A DNA stretch of 64,000 bases from Candidatus Puniceispirillales bacterium. Its GTDB lineage: Bacteria > Pseudomonadota > Alphaproteobacteria > Puniceispirillales > GCA-002684695. The notes beneath the pieces are model-generated. The model did not search any database, was not told the DNA's origin, and worked only from the letters and a program-made list of their open reading frames with translations. A program made the translations under genes and the position numbers. The DNA is taken from NCBI GenBank assembly GCA_045565515.1, contig JBJLFF010000031.1, positions 15,972-79,971 on the forward strand, in the 5' to 3' direction. Positions 54,851 through 64,000 of this stretch are shown here, in pieces (position 1 is the first letter of the stretch; each line of letters opens with the position of its first letter).

Positions 54851-55320
54851 TGTTTAATATTATTTTGCATAATCCACAGATACCTCCAAATACAGGGAAT
54901 ATTGTAAGATTATGCGCAAATACCGGTGCATCATTGCATTTAATAAGACCATTAGGTTTTAAGATTGACGAAAAGTCATACAGACGTGCTGGTTTAGACT
55001 ACCATAATGAAAATTTTTTAAGTACTCATGATAACTTTGAGGAATGTTTAGAGAATATAAAAAGTAAATCTGTTTATGCAATAACGAAATTTGGTACTAG
55101 ATGTTACACTGATATAAAATTTAATTCTGGGGACGCTATCTTATTTGGCTCTGAAACGAAAGGATTACCAAGTAATGTTATTAATAAATTTATAGATGAA
55201 AAAAAAATCTTCATTCCAATGGTTAGAAACTCTAGAAGCTTAAATTTAAGTAATGCAGTGAGTTTAGTTGTTTATGAAGCTTGGAGGCAATTAAATTTTA
55301 TAAATTCAGAGAAAATATGA
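54850..55320 (+). CDS. trmL: tRNA (cytidine/uridine-34 2'-O)-methyltransferase, SpoU class
   Basis: NPQIPPNTGNIVRLCANTG N-terminus and a SPOUT knot region (LFGSETKGLP ... RSLNLSNAV); 156 aa. Confidence 0.9.
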   Translation: MFNIILHNPQIPPNTGNIVRLCANTGASLHLIRPLGFKIDEKSYRRAGLDYHNENFLSTHDNFEECLENIKSKSVYAITKFGTRCYTDIKFNSGDAILFGSETKGLPSNVINKFIDEKKIFIPMVRNSRSLNLSNAVSLVVYEAWRQLNFINSEKI

Positions 55321-56354
55321 TTAATGATAGAGTAAAAGAATTTATTATAGAAAAGCCTTCAAACATTAAATTTTCAAAAATAATAGAAGATTTATATTGG
55401 GCGAGGTTACCGTTGCCATTTAGGTTAGACCATGTAAATGTTTTTGCAGTAAATAGTACAGATGGGCTAGTTATAATTGATACAGGAATAAATAATAATG
55501 AAACAAGAGATTGTTGGGATATTATTATTAAAAACTTACCATTAAAATCAGAAATCAATAAAATAATTATTACTCATCATCATCCAGATCACATTGGGCT
55601 ATCTAAGTATTTAGCTGATAAATTAAAAGTTAAGGTTTTTGCTCCAAAAAAAGAGCTAAGTAGAGCAAAAAAAATTATAAACTTAAGTGACAAGGAGTAT
55701 TCCAGCCTTTTATCAAATAACTATGAAGAGTTTGGACTAGATAAAGACATTACTAATAAGTCAAATAGTACAGGAAATTTCTATAAAGGAATGGTAAAAG
55801 AATTACCAAATATTTTGAATCTGGAAGATGATTTTCAAATTAAAACTAAAAATGGAGTTTGGGAAGCAAGGTTTGATACTGGACACTCACCTAGTCAATT
55901 AAGTTTATTCGATAACGTGAGGAAAATTTATTTATGCTTTGATTTTTTATTGCCAAGAATAAGCCCAAATATATCTATTGGTATAGAAGACAATGAGAAT
56001 AACGTTCTAGAAGAGTATTTTAAATATCTAAATAGCATAATTTATGACATGCAAAATGATTGGGTAGTTATTCCAGGTCATGAATTTCCATACTATAACC
56101 CCACTGAACGTGCAAAAAAATTAATTTTTCACCATAGGAGTCGTTTAGAATTGTTAATTACTGAAATAAAAAAATCACCACTAACAGTAAAATTGGCCAT
56201 GGAAATTTTGTTTGGTAAAATTAAAAATAGCCACGATCTTTTTTTTGCAAGTTGTGAGACTAAAGCGCATTTAAATTATTTATTTAATGCAGATAAAATT
56301 TTAATTGATAAAAATGAGAGAGCTTACAAATATATATATAATTATCGTCATTAA
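55317..56354 (+). CDS. metallo-beta-lactamase-fold hydrolase
   Basis: ITHHHPDHIG motif. Start placed at ATG 55317 (ATGA overlap with the trmL stop) rather than 55281. Confidence 0.8.
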   Translation: MINDRVKEFIIEKPSNIKFSKIIEDLYWARLPLPFRLDHVNVFAVNSTDGLVIIDTGINNNETRDCWDIIIKNLPLKSEINKIIITHHHPDHIGLSKYLADKLKVKVFAPKKELSRAKKIINLSDKEYSSLLSNNYEEFGLDKDITNKSNSTGNFYKGMVKELPNILNLEDDFQIKTKNGVWEARFDTGHSPSQLSLFDNVRKIYLCFDFLLPRISPNISIGIEDNENNVLEEYFKYLNSIIYDMQNDWVVIPGHEFPYYNPTERAKKLIFHHRSRLELLITEIKKSPLTVKLAMEILFGKIKNSHDLFFASCETKAHLNYLFNADKILIDKNERAYKYIYNYRH

Positions 56355-56372
56355 AAGTAAACGGAAATAATT

Positions 56373-57257
56373 TTGAATAAAAAAAATAATATTGATCTAA
56401 CTGGAGGGGTGGTTCTCATTTCTTTTTCAATGCTGTTAGGTCTAAATCAAACATTAGTTAAAATTGTAAATTATGGAATACACCCTATATTTCAAGTTGG
56501 ATTAAGGTCAGTAATTGCTGCTATTCCAGTTTTAATATTTTGTATTTTATTTAAAAAAAAAATCTCTATACGAGATGGTAGCCTAATTCCAGGTATAATT
56601 TGTGGAGCTATTTTTGCTCTTGAATTTGTATTATTGTTTTTTGCGTTAGAGTTTACATCAGTAGCAAGGTCATCAATCTTATTTTATTCTATGCCAGTTT
56701 GGTTAGGCATTGCAGCACATTTTTTAATTAAAAATGAAAAACTCAATTTAAAGAAAATACTGGGTTTTTTAATTTCCGTTATTGCTGTATCTATAGCAAT
56801 TTTTACAAAAAACGATCTCGGGGAAGGAGGTATCATAGGTGATGTTTTTGCTCTGTGTGCTAGTTTTCTATGGGCAGCTATTGTATTGATTGTCCGCACA
56901 ACTAAGCTGAACAGATCATGCCCAGAAATGCAATTACTTTATCAATTAATAGTTTCTAGCATTGTTATTTTACCCATATCATACTATTTCGGGTTTTACT
57001 TCAGGGAAATAAATATTGGAATTACTATAATTTTTATTTTTCAAGCAGTTGTAATTGTCGCTGCAGGATTTTTAATATGGTTTTGGACCTTATCTGTATA
57101 CCCGGCAACATCTATTGCTTCATTTAGTTTCTTTGGTCCAATTTTTGGTGTTTTTTTTGGTTGGCTTATTCTAAAAGAAGAAATTTCAATTCTTATATTT
57201 CTATCTCTTGCCTTAGTAAGTTGTGGAATTTATTTGATAAATAAAAATTCTGAGTAA
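56373..57257 (+). CDS. EamA/DMT-family transporter
   Basis: TTG start; about 10 helices in two halves; 294 aa. Confidence 0.8.
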   Translation: MNKKNNIDLTGGVVLISFSMLLGLNQTLVKIVNYGIHPIFQVGLRSVIAAIPVLIFCILFKKKISIRDGSLIPGIICGAIFALEFVLLFFALEFTSVARSSILFYSMPVWLGIAAHFLIKNEKLNLKKILGFLISVIAVSIAIFTKNDLGEGGIIGDVFALCASFLWAAIVLIVRTTKLNRSCPEMQLLYQLIVSSIVILPISYYFGFYFREINIGITIIFIFQAVVIVAAGFLIWFWTLSVYPATSIASFSFFGPIFGVFFGWLILKEEISILIFLSLALVSCGIYLINKNSE

Positions 57258-57406
57258 TCTACTTAGGTCTTCCAATCAAGCAATAAATATTTTTAGTATT
57301 AATCCAATATCTCTTAAATAATTCTAAAATCATCAATTAATTTTCTATGACAAAAAATAGAATGAGTTTTAGTACTGGTCTTTATTAGCTTGTAATAACA
57401 GTTATC

Positions 57407-58552
57407 TTAAGTTCCTTTTGCTATATTTTTCTTCGGGTCGTAAAAAGGTTTTTCTACGACCAATAATTTTCTTGTTAATGCCTCAATAGTTACTTTAGCT
57501 TCATAACCTATTTTTGAATTTTCTACAGGTAAGTAACCTAATCCTATATTCTTATTTAGTCGTGGAGAAAACACAGATGAAGTTATAAATCCGATTTTAT
57601 TGTTGTTATTTGAAATATCAATATGTTCATCAGATGGTTCGTTGAGAGGTGGACCATCTATTTCAAATCCACAAAAAATATTTTTTATACCATTTTTTTT
57701 AATATTAATTAGTGATGATTTTCCTATAAAGTCTGCTTCCATATCAAGGTCAACAAGTCTATCAAGGCCAAGTTCAAAAGGATTATTATTAATATTCATA
57801 TCAGCTACATATGACAACATGGCACCTTCAATTCTCCTTATTGTTGAAGTATGACCAGGGTGCAAACCTAATGGCCTTCCTATACCCATTATTTTTTCCC
57901 AAAGTTGATCTCCATACTGACTATCTTGAAGGAAAATTTCAAAACCAAATTCACTACTCCAACCAGTTCTGGATATAACAAGAGGTATACCATCAAATAG
58001 GTATTCCTTATGGCGATAATACTTGATTGTTTCAACCCAGTCACCAAAAATAGCTTTCATAACAACTAAAGATTTTGGCCCTTGTAATTGAAGTGGAGAA
58101 ACATCTGGTTCGGTAATAGAAACATTCAGATTAGAGTTAATCTTTACTCCTTTTGCCCAAAGTAAAACGTCACTATCACCAATAGATAGCCAAAATTTAT
58201 CTTTTGAAACTCTTAATAAAACTGGATCATTTATTATTCCACCTTCTTCACTTACAATTAGGATATATTTACATTGTCCAACTTCTATATTCGAAATATT
58301 CCTTGGGGTAAGTAATTGAACAAATTCAGCAGCATCTGGACCTTCAATTTGAACTTGCCTCTCAACGGAAACATCACACAAAATAGCTTCGTTTACTAAA
58401 TTCCAATAATTTTTAACAGGATCTCCAAAACTTCTTGGAATATACATATGATTGTATATTGAAAAACCTGTACAGCCATCATTTAAAGTAGATTTAAAAA
58501 AAGGAGATTTTCTAATCTGAGTGCCAAATGTATTTGTATTATTATTCGTCAT
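57407..58552 (-). CDS. dmdA: GcvT-family aminomethyltransferase, candidate DMSP demethylase (DmdA-like)
   Basis: Stand-alone GcvT-fold protein (no gcvH/gcvP nearby) with IRKSPFF, YNHMYIP, RQVQIEGPDAAEFVQLLTPR and INDPVLLR...FWLSIGDSDVLLW blocks. These resemble the DmdA subgroup as I remember it. The family call is firm; substrate specificity is inference. Confidence 0.55.
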   Translation of the reverse strand: MTNNNTNTFGTQIRKSPFFKSTLNDGCTGFSIYNHMYIPRSFGDPVKNYWNLVNEAILCDVSVERQVQIEGPDAAEFVQLLTPRNISNIEVGQCKYILIVSEEGGIINDPVLLRVSKDKFWLSIGDSDVLLWAKGVKINSNLNVSITEPDVSPLQLQGPKSLVVMKAIFGDWVETIKYYRHKEYLFDGIPLVISRTGWSSEFGFEIFLQDSQYGDQLWEKIMGIGRPLGLHPGHTSTIRRIEGAMLSYVADMNINNNPFELGLDRLVDLDMEADFIGKSSLINIKKNGIKNIFCGFEIDGPPLNEPSDEHIDISNNNNKIGFITSSVFSPRLNKNIGLGYLPVENSKIGYEAKVTIEALTRKLLVVEKPFYDPKKNIAKGT

Positions 58553-58639
58553 TATATTTCCAAAATTAATTTTTAATTGGTTATATGAAAAAAAAATTAA
58601 AAATTATATAATAAAAATAATAAATATTAGAACTTAAAT

Positions 58640-60718
58640 ATGTCGCAAAATTTTTCTATAGATGATCAGTTAAAAAAAGCAAAAAATTTTATTATTAAAG
58701 GGCATTACCAAGATGCCAAATTTTGCTATGAAAAAATACTTTTTAAATACCCAAAAAATATTAGAGCAATCGAAGGTTTAAAAAAAATAGAAAAAAATAA
58801 CATAAAAACAGATGATTTTTTTCAAAGTTCAGTCAAAAAATTAATTAATCTATTTAACAGCTCAAGTCATGAAGAATGTATTACGTTTGGTAAAGAACTA
58901 TCTTTAAAATATCCCAATGAAGTTATAATTCCAAATATTTTAGGAGCTACTTTTGCAGCGATAGATAAAGACAGTGAATCTTTAATGCAATACAAATACG
59001 CTTTAGAAATTGATCCAAGAAATCCACAAGTTTACAATAATTTAGGTCTTACTTATAAAAAAATTGGAGACTATAAAAAAGCTACAGAGTCATTTAAAAC
59101 TTCATTATCAATTAAACCGAACTTTCCTGAAGCTTGTAATAACTTAGCACTTTCATTGAAAGAAGAAATGAAAGTAGATGATGCTATAAATTATCTGAAC
59201 AAAGCTATAGAATTCAAACCAAACTACTCGGAAGCTTTTTATAACTTAGGGAATACTTTAACAGTTAAAGGTGATTTTAGAAAAGCGATAAACGCTTTTA
59301 AAAAGGCAATTGAATTGAAGCCAGATTATTTTGATGCATTAAATAATTTAGGGGCAACATATAACTTGTACAAGGACTATTCAAATGCTCTCAAAAGTAT
59401 CTCAAAAGCATTAAAGATTAGACCCAATATTGCTGACGCCTATAACAACTTAGGCACAGCTGAATTAAATTTAGAAAATGAATCTGAAGCTATCAAAAGC
59501 TACAACAAAGCAATAAAAATCGATCCTAAATTTGTTCTAGCATACTCTAATTTATGTGGTCTTTATGAAAGGTCTAATCAATTAGAAAAACTAAAAGAAA
59601 CTCTTAACAAGGCAGAAAATCAAGGTCTTTCAGGTAATGAAGAAATAAAATTTCGGAGAGGACAACTAAATTCAAGAAATAAAGATTATAAAAATTCAAC
59701 TTTATATTTAGAGGAAGTAGACGATACAAAAATTTCAAATAAAATGAAAATTGATAAATATGAATTGTTAGGCAAAGATTACGATAAAATAAAACATTAT
59801 AAAAAGGCATTTAATTGTTTTAAAAAATCAAATTCATTAGTTAGTTTAAGTGTTGAGAGCCAACTATATAATCCAAAAAACTATCAAAATGAAGTAAGCC
59901 AATTAATTATATCATACTCAAAAATAAAAAAATTAGAGTGGGAAAATAAAATAGAAAATAAAATAATTTCTCCTGTTTTTCTAGTCGGGTTTCCACGTTC
60001 AGGAACAACTTTGTTAGATAATATTCTTAGTTCACATCCAAATATCTCAACTTTAGAAGAAAAACCAATGATAGCAATGGTTAAAAAATCATTAAATAAA
60101 TTAGCATCATATGAAAATTTAAAAAAATTAAATTTACATGATTTACAAAATCTTCAAAAGATTTATCTGGATGAACTTACAAAGTATTTACCAAATGAAA
60201 ATCTGGTAGGAAAAGTCTTTATAGATAAGCTTCCATTAAGTATTATAGATATCAGTCTAATATTAAGAATTTTTCCAAAGGCTAAATTTATTTTAGCTAT
60301 AAGACATCCATTAGATTGTATTTTAAGTTGTTTTATGCAAACATTTAATTTGAATGATGCTATGGCAAATTTTTTAAATTTAAAAAATACAGCAGAGCTT
60401 TACAATAAAAGCATGAAATTATTTGATATTTATGAAAGTATTTTTAAATTAGACTTTCACTTAATAAAGTATGAAAACTTAATTTTCTCTCTTAAAGATG
60501 AAACAACAAAGCTATTAAATTTTCTTGATTTGAACTGGGAAAAAGAGGTTGATAACTATAGAAGTAATGCTTTAGATAAAAAAATTAATACACCTAGTTA
60601 CAATCAAGTTACTGAAAAAATTTATACTAGGGCTTCAGGACGGTGGAAAAATTATAAAAATGAAATGCATGATATAATGCCAATTATGCAATTCTGGATT
60701 GAAAAATGGGGTTACTAA
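58640..60718 (+). CDS. TPR-repeat protein fused to a PAPS-type sulfotransferase domain
   Basis: The N-terminal 330 aa or so contain repeated A..Y.KAL.I.P....A.NNLG units. The C-terminal domain starts with the 5'-PSB loop GFPRSGTTLL. Confidence 0.85.
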   Translation: MSQNFSIDDQLKKAKNFIIKGHYQDAKFCYEKILFKYPKNIRAIEGLKKIEKNNIKTDDFFQSSVKKLINLFNSSSHEECITFGKELSLKYPNEVIIPNILGATFAAIDKDSESLMQYKYALEIDPRNPQVYNNLGLTYKKIGDYKKATESFKTSLSIKPNFPEACNNLALSLKEEMKVDDAINYLNKAIEFKPNYSEAFYNLGNTLTVKGDFRKAINAFKKAIELKPDYFDALNNLGATYNLYKDYSNALKSISKALKIRPNIADAYNNLGTAELNLENESEAIKSYNKAIKIDPKFVLAYSNLCGLYERSNQLEKLKETLNKAENQGLSGNEEIKFRRGQLNSRNKDYKNSTLYLEEVDDTKISNKMKIDKYELLGKDYDKIKHYKKAFNCFKKSNSLVSLSVESQLYNPKNYQNEVSQLIISYSKIKKLEWENKIENKIISPVFLVGFPRSGTTLLDNILSSHPNISTLEEKPMIAMVKKSLNKLASYENLKKLNLHDLQNLQKIYLDELTKYLPNENLVGKVFIDKLPLSIIDISLILRIFPKAKFILAIRHPLDCILSCFMQTFNLNDAMANFLNLKNTAELYNKSMKLFDIYESIFKLDFHLIKYENLIFSLKDETTKLLNFLDLNWEKEVDNYRSNALDKKINTPSYNQVTEKIYTRASGRWKNYKNEMHDIMPIMQFWIEKWGY

Positions 60719-60784
60719 TATTAAAAAACTTAATAGTATATTAGTAAATTCAAAAAAGAATTTAAATAATAGTAGAGAAATTAA

Positions 60785-60973
60785 ATGAATGCTAAAGCAA
60801 TAAAATTTGGTCAGAATAGTGATGAAACTTTAGTGGATGGTAATCGTATTGCATGTGACGGTGGAGAAGATGGACATCCTAAAATATACCTTTCCGTAGA
60901 TACTAATGAAGTTACAATTTGTCCCTATTGCTCACATAAATTTATGAAAATAAATAAAAATACTCAAAATTAA
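60785..60973 (+). CDS. zf-CHCC (NDUFS6-like) zinc-finger protein
   Basis: 62 aa with C.GG...HPKIYL and ICPYCS motifs; its stop overlaps the polA start (TAATG). Confidence 0.75.
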   Translation: MNAKAIKFGQNSDETLVDGNRIACDGGEDGHPKIYLSVDTNEVTICPYCSHKFMKINKNTQN

Positions 60974-63735
60974 TGAGTAAAAATAGGCTCATTTTAGTTG
61001 ACGGCTCAGGCTATATTTTTAGAGCGTTTTACGCATTGCCACCTATGTCAAGATCAGATGGTGTTCCGGTTAATGCAGTATTTGGTTTCACATCAATGTT
61101 ATTAAAACTTTCAGAAGATATGAAAGGTGAAATGATTTTAGTTGTTTTTGATGCAGCTAGAACTACATTCAGAAATGAAATTTATAAAGAATATAAAGCA
61201 AATCGATCGGATCCTCCCGAAGAACTAATTCCTCAATTTTCACTTATAAGAGATGCCACTAAAGCATTGGGCCTGAAATATCTTGAAGTTGAGAACTATG
61301 AAGCGGATGATATTATAGCTACTTATGTTAAAATTGCAAAAAAGGATAATATTGAAACAGTTATAATTTCTTCTGATAAAGATTTGATGCAATTAGTTCA
61401 AGATGGTGTCTCTCTCCTTGATCCAATGAAAAATACAACTATTGGTCCAGAGGGAGTTCTTGAAAAATTTGGTGTTACACCAGACAAAGTAATAGATGTC
61501 CAAGCATTAGCAGGCGATTCGTCAGACAATGTTCCAGGTGTTCCAGGTATTGGAGTCAAGACAGCTGCACAATTAATTAATGAATATGGTAACTTAGATA
61601 GTCTTTTGGATAATGCTCATTTAATTAAACAAAATAAAAGACGGGAAACTTTGGTAAATAATGCTGAATTAGCCAGAATATCTAAACGACTTGTAACTCT
61701 TTACACAGAGGTACCACTTCCTTACAAAATAAGTGACCTTAATTGGTCCACAAGAAATGATGGAGCTTTACTAAATTTTTTAAAAGAAAACAATTTTAAA
61801 AGACTAGAGAGTAAGATTTTTGATAGTGAAGATGAGGCTATAACAAATATCAATAACAATGAAAAGATTGAAAAAAATTATAGTCTAGTAACAAAAATAA
61901 AAGATTTAGAGGATTTAATAGAGGTTTGTCATAATTTAGAAGAAATAGCTATAGACACAGAAACTGATTCCTTAAATGCTGTTGAAGCTAATTTGGTAGG
62001 TGTATCTATAGCCGTAAAACCAGGTCTTTCTTATTACATACCTTTAAGGCATAAAGAAAAAAAAGATTTTTCCCTATTAGACAATGAAAATGAAAATTCT
62101 AGTGATTTAGTTCAGATTGAATTTGAAATTGCGATAAAGTTGTTAAAAGAAATTTTTGAAGATCCATCAATTGTTAAAATTGGACATAATATAAAGTATG
62201 ACTATTTAGTTCTATCTCAAATAAAAAATGGATCAATAAATCTCTATCCAGTTCATGATACTATGTGTATGTCTTATGTAGTTGATGCAAATAGATTTAG
62301 TCACAAACTAGATAATTTAGCGAAAGAATTATTAGATCATGATACAATAAAATACGAAGATATTTGTGGAAAGGGAGCAAAACAAGTTACCTTTGACAAA
62401 GTTCATCCAAATGAAGCTTTTAATTATGCAGCTGAAGATGCTGATTATTGTTTGAGACTTTATAAAGTTTTAAAAAATGATTTATTTTTATCTAAACTCA
62501 ATACAGTTTACGAAAGAATTGAAAGGCCATTAATTCCAGTAATTTCTTCAATGGAAAAAGAAGGAATATTGATCGATAAGCTTGCATTAAATTCGCTATC
62601 AATTGAATTTCAGGATAAACTAAATAAACTTCAAAAAAGTATTTTTGATTATTGCGATGAAGAATTTAATATAGCTTCGCCTAAACAACTTGGAGAAATA
62701 TTATTCGATAAATTAAACCTGCCAGAGGATAAAAAATCAAAAACAGGCAAGCATAGTACCTCCATTAGTGTTTTAGAGGATTTGTCAATTAAAGGGTTTA
62801 AAATTGCTGATTTGATAATAGAATGGAGAGGCCTTGCAAAACTAAAATCAACATATACTGACGCGTTACAAAAAAATATTAACATTGAAACTAAAAGGGT
62901 TCATACTTCGTTTTCTATGGCTTCAGCCTCAACTGGGAGACTAGCCTCTTCTAACCCTAACCTTCAAAATATTCCTATCAGAACATCAGATGGAAGAAGA
63001 ATTAGGGAAGCATTTATATCAAAAGCAGGTCATAAAATCTTTTCTGCGGATTATAGTCAGATAGAACTTAGATTGATTGCTCATGCGGCAAATGAGATAG
63101 ACATGATAAATGCTTTTAAAGAAAAGATAGATATTCATTCTCAAACAGCTTCAAAAGTTTTTGGAATACCTTTAGAGGATTTAAATTCTGAAACTAGAAG
63201 AAGAGCTAAAGCAATTAACTTTGGTATAATTTATGGAATTTCAGCTTTTGGACTATCAAAGCAACTTTCGTGCTCCCAAAAAGAGGCAAAAGATTTTATC
63301 GAATCTTATTTTAGTCAATTCCCTAAAATAAGAGATTACATGGATGAAATGATTACAAAAGCAAAAATAAATGGTTATGTTGAAACATTTTTTGGAAGAA
63401 GGATACCAATTAGAGGAATAAATTCCAAAAACTTTCAAGAAAGATCTTTTGCAGAAAGGCAATCCATAAACGCGCCAATTCAAGGAAGTGCCGCAGATAT
63501 TATTAAACGAGCAATGCTTAAAATAGATAATGAGTTTCTATTAAAAAAGATAAGATCAAAAATGTTGCTGCAAGTACACGATGAATTAGTATTTGAGTGC
63601 CCTGAAGATGAGGTTAATAAAGTTTCTGAAATTATCAAAGTGGAAATGGAGAAAGCTCATTTACCAATATGCAAGTTGAATGTCCCAGTAATAGTTGATT
63701 TTGGAGAGGCGACCAATTGGTCAGCCGCACATTGA
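60973..63735 (+). CDS. polA: DNA polymerase I
   Basis: 5'-nuclease N-terminus (LILVDGSGYIFRAFYA), 3'-5' exo (IDTETDSL), and polymerase motifs A (DYSQIELR), B (RRRAKAINFGIIYG) and C (QVHDELVFE); 920 aa. Confidence 0.97.
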   Translation: MSKNRLILVDGSGYIFRAFYALPPMSRSDGVPVNAVFGFTSMLLKLSEDMKGEMILVVFDAARTTFRNEIYKEYKANRSDPPEELIPQFSLIRDATKALGLKYLEVENYEADDIIATYVKIAKKDNIETVIISSDKDLMQLVQDGVSLLDPMKNTTIGPEGVLEKFGVTPDKVIDVQALAGDSSDNVPGVPGIGVKTAAQLINEYGNLDSLLDNAHLIKQNKRRETLVNNAELARISKRLVTLYTEVPLPYKISDLNWSTRNDGALLNFLKENNFKRLESKIFDSEDEAITNINNNEKIEKNYSLVTKIKDLEDLIEVCHNLEEIAIDTETDSLNAVEANLVGVSIAVKPGLSYYIPLRHKEKKDFSLLDNENENSSDLVQIEFEIAIKLLKEIFEDPSIVKIGHNIKYDYLVLSQIKNGSINLYPVHDTMCMSYVVDANRFSHKLDNLAKELLDHDTIKYEDICGKGAKQVTFDKVHPNEAFNYAAEDADYCLRLYKVLKNDLFLSKLNTVYERIERPLIPVISSMEKEGILIDKLALNSLSIEFQDKLNKLQKSIFDYCDEEFNIASPKQLGEILFDKLNLPEDKKSKTGKHSTSISVLEDLSIKGFKIADLIIEWRGLAKLKSTYTDALQKNINIETKRVHTSFSMASASTGRLASSNPNLQNIPIRTSDGRRIREAFISKAGHKIFSADYSQIELRLIAHAANEIDMINAFKEKIDIHSQTASKVFGIPLEDLNSETRRRAKAINFGIIYGISAFGLSKQLSCSQKEAKDFIESYFSQFPKIRDYMDEMITKAKINGYVETFFGRRIPIRGINSKNFQERSFAERQSINAPIQGSAADIIKRAMLKIDNEFLLKKIRSKMLLQVHDELVFECPEDEVNKVSEIIKVEMEKAHLPICKLNVPVIVDFGEATNWSAAH

Positions 63736-63834
63736 ACTATATAATAATCACTTTTTTGCCATTTATTTGCCTCATATTTGTTAATAGTTTCTAACGATGA
63801 TATCTTTAGGTAATGGAGAATATAATGTTAAACA

Positions 63835-64000
63835 AAATTGCTCTTGTTGATGACGATCAAAATATTTTAACTTCTGTGTCTTTGGCATTAGAATCAGAGG
63901 GGTTTATCGTTGATAAATATCAGGACGGTGAGCAAGGCCTTAATGGAATTAAAAGGCGACCACCTGATTTACTTGTGTTGGATATTAAAATGCCTAAATT
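63835..64000 (+). CDS. response regulator receiver domain (5' part; runs off the right edge)
   Basis: ATG at 63835 preceded by GGAG. The translation [27 protein letters not shown]...[12 protein letters not shown] has the DD and D phospho-acceptor pattern of CheY-like receivers. Confidence 0.75.

Noticed and set aside
1-64000. CRISPR arrays, rRNA genes, IS elements/transposases, tandem or REP-like repeat families
   Set aside because: I noticed no regularly spaced short repeats, no rRNA-like conserved stretches and no transposase-like ORFs. The only repeats seen are the proX-leader duplication and short hairpins.

Overview
Visibly AT-rich, very gene-dense bacterial chromosome segment: about 70 protein genes, one tRNA, almost no spacer DNA and many 1-17 nt gene overlaps. 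Gene content and order (ffh / dapF-mtaB-ftsY, a DUF971-Trm112-LON_N-thioredoxin block, proVWX, a DmdA-like GcvT-family gene, an NDUFS6-like zinc finger before polA) suggest a streamlined marine alphaproteobacterium of the SAR11/Pelagibacterales type; this is inference only. Positions 1-12.5 kb are housekeeping genes ending at tRNA-Gly(GCC). Positions 12.6-54 kb are mostly transport and catabolism: (i) proXWV; (ii) a nine-gene minus-strand operon with a polar-amino-acid/opine-type ABC importer, a ureohydrolase, an MmgE/PrpD protein, an M19 dipeptidase and two ORFs I cannot place in any family; (iii) a divergent plus-strand arm with a DSD1-like PLP enzyme (broken by two homopolymer frameshifts), a second ureohydrolase paralogue, an amidase and an MBL hydrolase, with a possible winged-helix regulator between the arms; (iv) a PotABCD-like importer with enlarged permeases plus an SDR, an omega-transaminase, an Fe-ADH, a stand-alone cNMP-binding protein and a ThDP enzyme; (v) a small islet rich in hypothetical genes that carries a divergent serine recombinase. 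The right end holds trmL, an MBL hydrolase, an EamA transporter, the DmdA-like gene, a TPR-sulfotransferase, polA and the start of a response regulator. Best candidate for undescribed biology: the two family-less, translationally coupled ORFs (17680-20030) and the two-armed ureohydrolase island around them (17.7-32.1 kb). Caveat: ftsK and the DSD1-like gene are interrupted by single-base indels in A/T homopolymers, so assembly error must be excluded before calling gene decay. No CRISPR array, rRNA, transposase or prophage genes were seen.
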